Part shown: positions 35,637 through 48,540 of the stretch, piece by piece
Numbering within the stretch: position 1 is the stretch's first letter
Layout of the letters: each line of letters opens with the position of its first letter
From: Eledone cirrhosa
Lineage: Eukaryota
Direction: 5' to 3'
Assembly (NCBI GenBank): GCA_964016885.1
Contig: OZ024743.1
Span: 125,426,001 to 125,490,000 of the forward strand
Length of the DNA stretch: 64,000 nucleotides
Made by a program: the position numbers and the translations under genes
The notes under the pieces: generated by a model
The model's database searches: none
What the model was told of the DNA's origin: nothing
The model's input: the letters and a program-made list of their open reading frames with translations, nothing else

Positions 35637-36165
35637 CTTATGTTACTATTTTCTCATTAATAAGTATCTTTCAGCATTGTAACAAAGTAAATTGCAATTA
35701 AGAGGCAACAACATAGTCTTGTCTAGCTGTAAATGAACATTTTATAATACTATTAGAATTTCAGCCTTTGCGATCACATTTGTATGTATAAATTTATTGA
35801 AAATAGATTACGCCGAACCTATACGAAAAATACACAAGAATTATGAACTTTATTTGTTTGTTTGTAAAAGTAGAATTTTTATTCATAGTTGCACAAACAA
35901 CATTACAAATCGTTTACAATTCCTTCAGAATGAAAATATAAACAGAGCATATAAATAAATTTACAGTAGAATAACATAACAAATATGTTTTAAATATATA
36001 CCTAAATAACATTATAAATGCTTCGGTAACACTATAAAGGATGATACAATGAAAGATATATTCTTTTAATGTTACAATATTAAAGAAAATGTAAAGGAAG
36101 GGGGTGAACAACGGAGCCAACACCAGAGTAAAAGACAGCAACGTCGCGAGTACTGGACAACCTCT

Positions 36166-37056
36166 CTAATGATTTTTGAGGCAAGCCAGCACACTCGCAG
36201 CGTTACATCGGGTGATGGCGAGGCTGATGCGCTGAAACAGCCAAGCACCTTCGCGAGATTCGCCAGTCACCTCTATTAGGCGAGCCGCCAGTGAGGAAAG
36301 GAACCTCGCAGTCAGCGGCCTGACTCCCCCAAACGTCTCGAAAGCCACAGGCTGAAAAATGTAGCTGGCCGACAGATCAGAGTATTTGAGTGTTTTACTC
36401 CGCTCGGCTGCAGAAGCTGTGGCTCTCGTCCTAACCGCAGCATCCAGGATGTGGGAAAGAGCAAAAGAGTCACTAACAGTGACGTCCCAGACAAGGCACC
36501 TGCCTCTCGACCAGGGGCACAGGGTAAGACCGTCAGGTCTTTTGCCGTCACTTCTGGATAACCCAGATGGTTCCAAGACTGAGGGGATATTCGCCTGGGC
36601 CAAAACTCTCTTCAGAATGAGGTTTAGCTGGGTGTGACGCGCGAAATGGCCGGCATTCAGGCGGCAAGAAAGATCATGGAGGCCTGTAGAGTCGAAGAGT
36701 TTGCCGCATCGGCACCTCAAACCCATGCAGACGTCAGCTCCCACTCTGAGGGCGATGGAGACACGAAGTTCGTCCAGGCTGAGTAGGCCACCAACGTTGG
36801 CCACGGGTAGGGCATCGACCCAGTCGCCTGAGTATTTGGCGCTGGCAGATAGTAAGCGGCACCTTGCAAACTGATCTGACTGGACGAAGAGGGAGTCGAA
36901 GGTGGCCTTCGAACTTATGCTGTCCCAAGCTCTCTGACTTCGACTGTCCTCCACCTTCTCGGGAGGAGACAAGCCCAACTCGCTCCATTGCTGGAGAGCT
37001 TCACCCAACTCCCTGTTGTAACTAGTCCGTGTTGGAGAGGAGAGGATGCTGCTCAC
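36166..37056 (-). mobile_element. 5'-truncated CRE-clade non-LTR retrotransposon; open 296-aa C-terminus with CCHC finger and restriction-like endonuclease
   Basis: CRCG..H.LSC, RHTQLN, EPSGL..DGKRPDG..WDVTV, K..KY, PVAFETFG, QRISLAI..NA motifs; GC-rich against AT-rich flanks. Confidence 0.88.
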
Positions 37057-37882
37057 CAGGGTGGAGAAAGCGTTGGGTTAAAGAAATAACAAGAAACATG
37101 TTTCATATATGACAATTAAAAGGTGTAAAAAATATAGGCAGGGCCGTGTGATTAAGGAGTTCACTTCGCAACTCTTTTGTTCTGGGTTCAGTTACGCTGC
37201 ACTTTGAGAAAGTGTCTTCTTTAGTTTTGGGTTGACGAATGCTTTATGGATGTAATTTGTTAGATGAAAACTAGAGAACCTCGTCGTATGTCTGTCGATA
37301 TTTATGTTAGTGTCTGTATTTTTGTCGCGTAACTTAGTAGTTCGACAAAATAAGTACCAGATTTGAAAAAATAAATACTGGGTGATAAGATCGAATAAAT
37401 CAAAGTGGTGCTCCTGCATGGTTGCAGTTTAATGACTGAAACCAATAAAAGAGTATATTTGATCTTTTTTTTTTTTTTTATTAATATAAGCTGAGTTTTA
37501 TATAAAACAATTTCACGTATTGTTGAGTTCAAATCCCACCGAGATTAGCTTTACCTTTCATCCTTACTGAGTCGATGAAATAAGTACCAGTAACACACTA
37601 AGGTCGATTTAGTCGACTTCCCCCTCACCCAAAATTGCTGGCGTTGGGCCTAAATCAGAAACCTTTATTTTATATAAGCAACTGTCAAGGTATTCAGCTT
37701 GTAAACTAAAATCGTGATTAATTAACGTCTATAAAAATGCTTCAAGTACCATTATATAAAATACAAACTAAGTCAGTTGTCTTAACTTGAAAAAGAAATA
37801 GTTATAAACTATTCGATGTTGTTTCTGAAACTAGAGACAGCTGAACTTTCAATAACCAATATTTCAACAGGTTGTTTATAAC

Positions 37883-37941
37883 GTTCACCAAGGAAACGTG
37901 ACTAAGTTGTTTGTTGTTCTACTTCGGTTGTCCATAGAAAC
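37883..37941 (+). promoter_or_regulatory. Pair of RFX X-box-like motifs upstream of CFAP276
   Basis: GTTCACCAAGGAAAC (37883-37897) and GTTGTCCATAGAAAC (37927-37941), about 250-310 bp upstream of the ATG of a ciliary gene. Confidence 0.6.
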
Positions 37942-38192
37942 TATCTCCTCAAGTGTTGGTTCAAAATGCCTTGACACTAGACGTACAAAGAAAGACTCGT
38001 TTAGAAAAATGTTTTAGAAGGAATATAACTATCTAAATATGCAAGCCATTTATTTTAATCTCAACAAAAGAATCAAATCAATCGAGATATTAGTCACTAA
38101 TGAAAAAATATTACTAATCATATCAAAATAAATATAGATATTTAATTTTGGAGTAATTTCATTTATATATAATTTAAAAAAAAAATTAAACC

Positions 38193-38273
38193 ATGTTCAA
38201 ATGCGGGCGTGATCCTTATCCTTTCCCTCGATGTGAAAATGATATGAATTTCTCAGGAATAAAAAAAAAAAAG
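38193..38273 (+). CDS. CFAP276: CFAP276 exon 1 ([27 protein letters not shown])
   Basis: aaaccATG start, donor AAG|GTTCGA, 27 codons. Confidence 0.85.
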
Positions 38274-41200
38274 GTTCGATGATTTTTTTCACTTTCCTTT
38301 ATTTTATTTTATTATTTATTTATTGCTTTAAACTTTTTACACCTATTTCTAAATGCCAGTCCCAAATAATTGGGGGGTAAAAGGGCGGGGGACAAGCGAG
38401 GGTTTGGAATATCGGTAATTTTTCTAGCTTGTCTCCGGTGATATTTTTAAAAATCAGAATTAGTCGTTTAGTTTACATATTGAGACCCCCAACCCATCCT
38501 ATTTATTTTATAACGTATGGGATTTCTAGTAATGTACTATTTTTTTTTTTTTGTCATGTATAATGTGTTTTAATGTATAAAGAAAATTAATTGTCGCAGG
38601 AATGCTGCCACTTAAAATAAATTTCGCCGGAGATAGATTAGCAAAATTTAATAAGGGGGGGGGGGGTGTCTAAAGAATTAATAAGAGGCTGGTGGCGGGG
38701 CGATTATTCGAGACCCTAGAGTACGGCGAATGTCTCTATACCAGAAGGGGATGTATCTTTTGTGGTAATTTGACTTTAACTTTTAGAGCTGTTTTTAACA
38801 ATGTTATCAGAACAATTCAGCTAAACTTCTCCACTTTAACAACAGACATCAGATATATGTGTGTTTTTGATGTTTGTTGGTTGGCATACACACATACACA
38901 GAATTATGTACATATATATTGTGTTTTGTTTACTGAATCTTAAAGGTTTCTGAACTTGTCATAAGAGACTCATCACTCTCTCTCGTTTCTAGTCTGTTTC
39001 TTTCCTGGCTTTTCTGACTTTCTCTGCTATCTCTGTATGAATGTTATTGTTGCTAAATGGCTACAGAATTCTTCAGAATCTAAGCAACTTGTTATTTTGC
39101 TGCCATCTGATATGCTGAAATTTAAAACCTATTAAAATAACATCAACAAATGCGTTATTAATAAATGCTTTTATATTTGTAAAAATTATTTTGAAATATG
39201 AACTATACATACATAGATGGACAGATACGTACAAGCAGAGATGGATAGCTAGATAGATAGATAAGTAGATAATGTGTACATTAAAGTTTACCAAAGATTA
39301 GTTTGTCAAAGTGTTGGCGAGATAATGAATATCTATAGGAGGGACTGACTCAGGAATCAACAGGTAATTCCTAAGTATAAAAAAAACTGTCATGGGGCTC
39401 ATTTGCTTCAACATTTTTAGTAGCTGCTTGAGGTTAGCCATTTTGGATAGAAAAATGGGCTTGATAGCTAGATTAGTGATTGGGGTTCCTAGGGAACTCC
39501 ATGTTGATGAGGGAGGAACCGTGATAGAGGGGTATATATCTAGAGAGTGTGAGAGAGAGAGAGAGATTTCCTGTCTTTTGGAGTGATATCATTGTATGAT
39601 ATCTTCCTATTGAGAGGGTGATAGATTGGCAGTATCAGTAGCGCGTCGGATACCATGCTTTGTAGCATAGAGTTATGACCCTTTACGTTCTGAGTTCAGA
39701 CACTGGGGCCCATAAAATAAAGCACCAGTACTGCACTGGGGTCGATTTAATCGACTTTCTCCTCCCCCAAAATTGCTGGCCTTGTGCCTAAAGTAGAAAC
39801 AATTATGTATTCCTATTGCATAATTTGCCACGTTTAAAATACCCAAGACATATTGTGTACCACGATGGCACCCTTACACCATTATCAGTTAAAGGCCATT
39901 TACCTCTTTTTATATATGTAAGTGGACAAAAGGGTGGTAGATTGGCAGAATTGTTAGTGTGGTACAAATCCTTTGCAGTATTTTTTTAGGGCTCTTTACG
40001 TAATGAGTTCAAATCCCAATTTTACCATTCTTCCTTCCAGGACAATTAAATAAGGTTCCAGTCATCTACTGGGGATTATATAACTGACTGTCCCCATCCC
40101 CCAAGTTGCTGATCTTGTGCCTAAATTAGAAACCCTATATATAGATGGAAATAATGGTCATGGTTCCTGATTTGTGTAGGCAATTCAATATAGGAGCAAT
40201 CGATGGAAGACCCCCCCCCCTACACACACACACCTATCATCTATTGCATGTGTAATACATTTCTAATGAATTATCTTCTTCACCCACTATTCCTGGGAGG
40301 GTCGTGAGAGTAGGGTCCTCAAACATTCCTTCCATCAGGTCCTGAAGCAACCCTCTCCAACTGATCCAGGTGGATGCCCAAGTGTGACCAACCAAGCTCA
40401 TGGATGTTATCTAACCATCTTGCCCTGGGTCTCTTGCCGGTTGATTTTGCCTGTAAAATCTGTCCAGCAATTCTTTCCTGAAACATTCTAACCACATGCC
40501 CATAGTATTGAAGCTCAATTCGGAGAAGTAGCATCTCCACCTGGAATGACTTTCTGATCTCTGAGCTATGCACTTTATCAAGTAACGTTACTCCAAAGAC
40601 CAAGGAATCCCATTTCGGCTGCTTGTATTAGCAATTGTATTCTTTAGGTCACTAATGAATTATGATTTGTTTATTTAATACCTGTTCTGTCCAAGGATGA
40701 GAATCTAAATTTAACACTTTTATCAATAGTTTAATTTAAGAGCTCTTTAATTTCACGAGATGAATAGGGAATAGGTGGTAGTTGCATCTGTCCATTACCA
40801 CAAAAGAAATTGAACAGAGGATTTCTCTGAGAGTTCCTAAAGAATCTTTCCATCAACCACCTGAATGTACACACCATGTTTAGAACATTTCTCATTCATC
40901 TTTCCCATTTACTTTATTTCAATTACATCTTTTTTTAAATTGTCAATTGTGTGATGCTTAGAAAGTGTCAGGACAACCATTTTTTAGTATGTTTGAAGCA
41001 ATTCCTAGTCTCTGTCTTGTATAGAATTCTGAGTTTATCACTGCCAAGGGTGACTTTCATTTTGCTTTTCATTGAAGAAGTATTGTATCTCTCATATATA
41101 TTTATCTTTGGTTGTTCCTAGCAGATTGTCTGATTACATAGGTGCGACAAATCTGAAACTCATTTGTATCAATATATTTTGTTTTCATTTGGAGGTGAAT

Positions 41201-43897
41201 TTTCTGAACCTGTTAGAAATAGCAGTTAAATCATACTCCATTGTCTTAAAGAAACACTGAATAATATCATCCTAGGTATGTGCTAAAAAGGCAGAATGGT
41301 CATGGCCAGAATGACTCTGATCAAAGACATTTCAGCAATGCATTTGTAAAATCTAGAATGATCAAATTGTTTCTGTTAGGCCTTGAACTGTTGTTAAAAG
41401 TTGATATTCACAGCTAAGTTTGAAGTAGGATTTGGCAAACATTTTTGGTGGCTGGCCAGATTGAGTATGTTTTTACATTTTGCAGGTCTAGGAAGAAAAT
41501 GAAACATTGATCATACAAGACAGTGGAAACAGCTTATTTTTTAATAACTTTAACCCTTTAGCATTTAAACTGACTGTATCTGGCTAGAATTCTCTCTCCT
41601 CTTTTTGATCAAACTGAAAATACAATAGTAAATGTAGAATAATGTGAATGCAAAAGGGTTAATGCTTCTTGTGGGTAGTAGATTGGCAGAGCAGTTAGAG
41701 CATTGGGCAAATGCTTAAGAATATTTGTTTTGGCTCCTTACTTTCTGAGTTCAAATCTTACCGAGCTCAACTTTGTCTGTCATCCTTCCGGGGTTGATAA
41801 AATAAGGAACCTGTCAAGTATCAACTAACTCCCCTACAAAAAAATTATTGGCTTTGTGCCAAAGTTAGAAACCATTATAAGAATAAAATAAATGTTCTTT
41901 CAGGAACATTTAGGAAAATGAAAGCATTTACTATTTAACTCTTTAGCATTTAAACTGGCCTTATCCAGCCAGAATTCCCTCACCTCTTTCTGTTGAAACT
42001 GGCTGTAATCAGCTGCTCATACCTATGTTAAGGTATTGTTCTCAAAATAACTAATATAAAAATCTCATAGATTTGATATTATGTAAGATAAAGCCTTTAC
42101 TGTGAAAATACAATAGTAAATATAAAGTAATGTAAATGCTAAAGGGTTAAAGTACTGCACCTCAGCTGAGTGAAGTATAAGAAAAATTCTTTCTCACATT
42201 TCATTAATACAGCAAACTTCATTTTATGTCTTATGTTTTTTTCACTTTCATTCCCAATGAGAATTGATGTTGATCTACTACGGGTATCATCATCATCACC
42301 ATTTATGTCTATTTTTTTTCCATGTTTGCATGGGTTAGATATGTCGTCCACATTATGATACAAGTCTGGCCAGTTGGTTATGCTGTACCTTGCTCAAACG
42401 GAACTGTATTCTGGCTGGGTTTTTTACAGAAAGATGCCTTTCCTAATGCCAACCATGTTTTCACAGTGGAACTGGGTGGTCTCATTATGAGGAGGGTCTG
42501 ACCAATTGACTGTGCCATATCCTGCTCACAGCAGAACTATATTTTGGAAGCTGTTTGATCTCATAATAAGGGAGGTCTGGCCAGTTGGCCACACTGTGTT
42601 TTCTTTAAAAAACAAAAGCTGGTATGTATTTCTCACAACTAAGTGAAATGAAGTCATATAGAATTAAGTGTTCAGGACATCATCTGTTAAATTTTCACCC
42701 TTTTGTTGCCATATTTTTCATGAAAGATACTACCTATGATTTTCAAATAACTTTGAAAATAAGAATTTGGAATGATTTAGTGATATAATTAACTTTTCCA
42801 AAACCTTGTGCTTGGATACAACTTAGAAAAGGTTATGATGAAAGGTTTGTATTTAATTATGAATATAAAACCAGGGGTACTTTCAGACGCTTTGATATTA
42901 AAACGTAAATCACTTATGTATAATAACATTAGGATATCTATTTTTTATAAGTTAGTCAAAAAAGAAGCCCTTCCCAGATTAATGTAAAAAAAAATATATA
43001 ACAAATTTGATATTAAAACCCATGAACCTGTTATCCATTTTACTTATATTTCTGTCCGTTTGCCAGATTATTATAGAACTTTAAATATGAGAATCTACTT
43101 AATGCTTAATAATGGCCCATGTGAATATGCTACTGGCAAAGTGGGTAACCTGGTACTGTATAAAATATCTAGGATTCTACAGATTACCTGGTTATTCAGA
43201 TTACCTATTATTTATAAAATAAAATGCTGTCCACATATCCTAGGTATTCTGTAAATTACTTACATAAAATATAATATAAGGTCAATAGAATACATTTATT
43301 CAATACCTTACCTTGAAGTTTTAGGCATTCTGTAAAATGTTTCGATATTCTATACCAAAGGTTCTCAACCCATTTCGGCCAAATGCCCCCTTTTGCTCTT
43401 CGAAATCATGAAATGTCCCCCTACCCTATTTTTCCATTTTTCAATATACTACTGAGTTTTGATATCAATAGATTACTGGGCCAAATCAAGTTATGTTAGA
43501 ATCTTTAAAAAAATCTTTAAAAAATACTCGTACGAAGTAAATACAAAAAAGTTTCAGTCCAAAACAAAAGCAAGCTATTTTAAATTGTATATTTTTGAAA
43601 AATAGACGTGAATGTTCTCAAAGATTTGATCTCAGTCGAAAGAGCTTTTTCTTTTTAAATTCTATATTTCACTGTTAGCTGTTGTTACAACATTTTGAGT
43701 GGATAGACAATTCTACAATTCAAACTGTAAAGTCAAAATACAAAAGATGCAAAATATGAAGAATTTCTTACCTTTCTCTGGAATCGCAAACTCAAGGGAA
43801 AAATAGTACCTTGAGAAATAAAGTGCCTCGATCACAAACTTAGTTGCAACGAATGAATTGAGATGCTTAGTGACAGTGAGCAAACAATATTTGTATC

Positions 43898-43970
<73 letters not shown>

Positions 43971-44122
43971 GATAGATACACACACACGTACATGCGTGCA
44001 CGCACATACAAAAAAAAACACACACACACACAAACAAACTTGTGTCTGTGTGTGCCTTGTTTTGGGTACAGAAAGAATTTTGTCTCCAGTTTTTATTGCT
44101 GGGTCAAAGGCCAAATAACAAC

Positions 44123-44175
<53 letters not shown>

Positions 44176-47100
44176 GAGAGAGAGAGAGAGAGAGAGATGG
44201 GAGAGAGAGAGAAAGAAATGTGTGTGTGTTTGGTACACGTCTATCTTTCTATCTCTCCAAAAAGAAATTTATCTATCTCTCCGACAGGGGCTCAAACATG
44301 CGTCCCGCGAACTACTTTTCTTTTATATGATAGAACCAATATTTCAGATTCCATTATAACTGGCGAAAATAAGGTGGTGAGCTGGTGGAATCGTTAGCAC
44401 ATCTTAATTCCGTTTTTACATTTCAAGTTCAAATTCTGCCGATCTCAACTTTGCGTGTCATCCTTTTGGGGTCGATAAATTAAGTACAAGTTGTGAACTA
44501 AGATCGATGTAATCGACGGGACCCTAAACCCCAAATTTCATGCCTTGTGCTTATATTAGAAAGGATTATAACTGGTGAAAATGATCACCCACCACCACGT
44601 TTGGCCCACTGTGCCCACGTAATGGCCCTTTTATGTCCTTCAGTTTGAGACACCTCTTCTACACACACACATATATATACACTTTACTTTTTTTCTGTCT
44701 CTGGACTACGCCCTTGCTGGAGCATCACCTTGGTAAGTTATGGGGACGTCAACAAACTAACAAGCATCGGTGGGAGGGCAAACACAAACACAAAGACACA
44801 CACAGACATATATACATATATACGACGGGTTTCTTTTAGTTTCATCATCATCATCACCGTTTTACGTCCGTTCTTCCACGCTAACATGGGTTAGACGGGT
44901 TGCCTGTTGTGTGCAGTGTCCGGTCGGCTGACCATGCCTTGCTCATATGGGAACTGATTCTGGCTTGATTTCTACAGCTGGATGCCCTTCCTAACACGAA
45001 CCTCATTTACAGTGAGTGCTGGGTGCTTTTTTATGTGGTGCCTAAACATCCACTTCACAGTGTGGGCTGGGTGCTTTTTTGCCGTGCCACCTCCACGACC
45101 ACTTTGCAGTGGGAGGGGGTGGGACATATTGTCTATATGCTTCAGCTTCGGCTTGTACACGGGGATTCAGGTCTTCTGTATTACTGCGTGACGCCAGAGG
45201 TCATGGTCATGTGTCATCGCCTTTGAGAGGTGTAATTGGGTAAGGTTGGCTTTTATCACCTCATCCCAGGTCTTCTTGGGTCTCCCCACTCCGTGGTTTC
45301 CATCAACTTCTAGTGCTCTACACCTTTTTATGCAGTTGTCATCCTTCATATGTCTCACATGTCCATACCAATGCAACCGCCTCTCCTGCACACGGCATTT
45401 GATTCCTCTTATGCTCAGTCTCTCTCTCAATTCATTTATGCTTTGCCGTTCGCGTATATTACTATTACACATCCATCGGAGCATGCAGGCTTCGTTTCTT
45501 TCTAATCTACGCAAGTCTTCCACAGTCAGCGCCCAGGTCTTACTACCATGTAACATTGTTGTTCGTATACACGCATCATACAGTCTGCCTTTCATTTTGA
45601 GAGAAAAGCCTTTTGCAGCTAGCAGTGGCAGTAGCTCCCTGAACTTCTTCCATCCCATTCTTACCCTAGTTATTGTACTTTCCGAACACCCACCTCCACT
45701 GCTAATTTGGTCACCTAGGTAGCAGAAGCTGTCTACTGTTTCTACAGAGCCCTCCCAGAGTTTGGTGGTACTTGTTTCCTGTGGCTGTTTGCTACTTGCT
45801 GTCCCAACACAGCTGCTACATGTGAAGCTTACATTCTTAATTAAGCTTCCTGAGATACCAGAGATTCAGCTATAAGTGCGAGGTCATCTGCATACAGGAG
45901 TTCCCATGGGCATCCGGTTTTAAACTCCTTCGTTATTGCCTGCAGAACTATGATGAACAGGAGAGGGCTAAGAACAGAGCCCTGGTGGACACCGACCTGT
46001 ATGTTAAATTTCGGTCTGTCAAATCCACTCATAGGGCTTTGGTCGGCCCGGGCAGTGGGACTGAACCTGGAAACATGTGGTTGGGAAGCAAGCTTCTTGT
46101 CACACTGTGCATATATATATATATGTGTGTGTGTGTGTGTTATCAAATTGACAATGAAAATAAAAAGAACAAAGTCAAGTTACTTTATAACTTTGATTTT
46201 ATTTTTATTGTTAATTTAATACCTAATATCTGACTCTGTATCTAGAGAATTAATTCAGCGAAACACAGAACTTCTCTATGGATTTTACAAGATTACATTG
46301 AGGTCTATCTACGTACGGACCCTACCACCAGAGGTAGACCAGACTGAAAAAAGAAAAATATATATATATGTGTGTCTGTCTGTGTGTGTGTATAATATAT
46401 ATATATATATGCAAAAGTTTTATTTAAAATTGTTGGGTTACAACAAGTAAATATTTTATAACTGATATAAAGCACTCGACAAGTTTTGGAGTAGATATAC
46501 GATATTAAACAAATGGAAACTATATTTATAAAACCATATTTATTTCATTATACATATTTCGGGGATACCATATTAAAAATATGGCATGCCTTCTTCAGAT
46601 AAAATACAATATATAAACAGTTTTATAAATAATTTTGACGTACCATAAATATTGAGCAACCTTTATGTAAGCTTCTTACATAAAGGTTGCTCAATATTTA
46701 TGGTACGTCAAAATTATTTATAAAACTGTTTATATATTGTATTTTATCTGAAGAAGGCATGCCATATTTTTAATATGGTATCCCCGAAATATGTATAATG
46801 AAATAAATATGGTTTTATAAATATAGTTTCCATTTGTTTAATATCGTATATATATATATATATGTCCCACCCTTGCAAGCAGGGAAAAGCGGACGTAAAA
46901 TGATGATAATGATGAAATGATGATGATATATATATAAATCTACATATATACATACATATATATAAGTATGTATATAGCTATGCATTTGTATATATTCATG
47001 CATTTATATTTAAGTGTGTAAGGATGTTGACATCATTTATGTATTTTTGGTAAGGAGAGAATTTTTTGTCTCCAGATTTTATTACCTAGGGAGATTAAAT

Positions 47101-48494
47101 ATCACAGCATTTCAACCTCATCAAACACCAACGCTGGCCTGTGTGTGTATATATGTGTGTGTATGTATATGTATGTATGTACGTATGCATGTGTGAGTAT
47201 GATTGTATGTATGTATATCACCTTTCATCACCATTGCTTCTTTTTCTTGTCGTTTCTGTTGTTCTTGTAACTGTTGTCATAGTTGGTGTTGTCCTTATTT
47301 TCATTTCTTTGATTTCTTCCATTTTTCTTTTATCTCCCTAAGGAATTCGTTGACTTCTTTTATTTATTTTTCTTCGTTTTCTTCATTCAAATGCATTCAC
47401 ACTAGCTGTCTCAGAGACATACAAATATCGCTTATAAAACTTACCTAAATAAAGAGCCTTCAGCGCCCCTCTGGAGCTCCGACCCCCCCCCCCCCCCCCC
47501 CCCCCGACGGGGGGGGGGCATATGTCCCCTGTTGAGGATCTTTGTTCTATACAATGCCAGTAACATATATAATGTGTTAGTGTGTGTGTTTTGTATCTTC
47601 TTCTTCTTCTTCTTCTTCTTCTTCTTCTTCTTCTTCTTCTTCTTCTTCTTCTTCTTCTTCCTGAGAGGGTCATGGGGGTTTATATTTTACAGGACAGACA
47701 CACATTAAAAAAAATCATCGCGGGCCACTCTGACTGGTCTGGTGGGCCGGATTGTGGCCTGCGGACCGCCTGTTGCACGCCCCTGTTGTTATACATTAAT
47801 AATTTCTTTTTTTTTTTTTACATATTTTCAGGTGTCTCATCCCAGTAAGACAAATTATAATAGCAATTGTTGGAATGAATTAAATAACCACCAGACATTA
47901 CAGAACTCTCGGCGGAATGCTTTCCATTCTGATCCTTTGGCTCCAAAGGACAGATTAGATTTTGTTCTTAAGTCACTTTACGACCATGATAAAGATATTT
48001 TCAAAGAAACAGCAGAAACTTTGGTGCAGAAAGAAACTATAAGTGAACATCAATGGTATATATATATATATATAAATATGTGTGTGTGTGTATATACATA
48101 TTGTTATATTCGGGGGGGGGGGGGGGGGTCATGCTCCCAATAAAAACACACACACTAGTTGAGTTTCACTTCAGTATATTATTAGTTGAGTAAGTAATTC
48201 ATTCATTGGTTAGTTTATTAGCAGTGGAGACTTCTGGTGTCCTTGGCCCTAGGGCCACCTCTCTACTCACCACCATCGGCACAGGGTTGGCAACCTGCGA
48301 ATTTGAGCCTTGTGGCTCTTCCAGCGCGTCTCCTTCACCATCCTCTCGGGAAACACCTTTCTCTATTCTGTCAGCCGAGGCTGCATGGCAGCCAGCACGT
48401 AGGCCCTTATTTGCTCATAATAGTGAGAGATGGGGAGAGCAGAAGGGACAGAGGCAGTGACAGTGGTAGTTTGCTTCCTTTGTGTTTGGACTTG

Positions 48495-48540
<46 letters not shown>

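Larger units (their letters stand above)
43356..47544. mobile_element. hAT-type DNA transposon shell filled with nested insertions
   Basis: TIRs CAAAGGTTCTCAAC (43356) and GTTGAGGATCTTTG (ends 47544); perfect 8-bp TSD TTCTATAC at 43348-43355 and 47545-47552. Confidence 0.85.

Noticed and set aside
37072-37080. TTGGGTTA at the CRE 5' junction as a telomeric target
   Set aside because: Single imperfect unit, with no telomeric repeat at the other end.
47482-47518. Poly-C / poly-G tracts suggesting a G-quadruplex or hairpin
   Set aside because: Part of the hAT subterminal region; homopolymer length is unreliable in assemblies.
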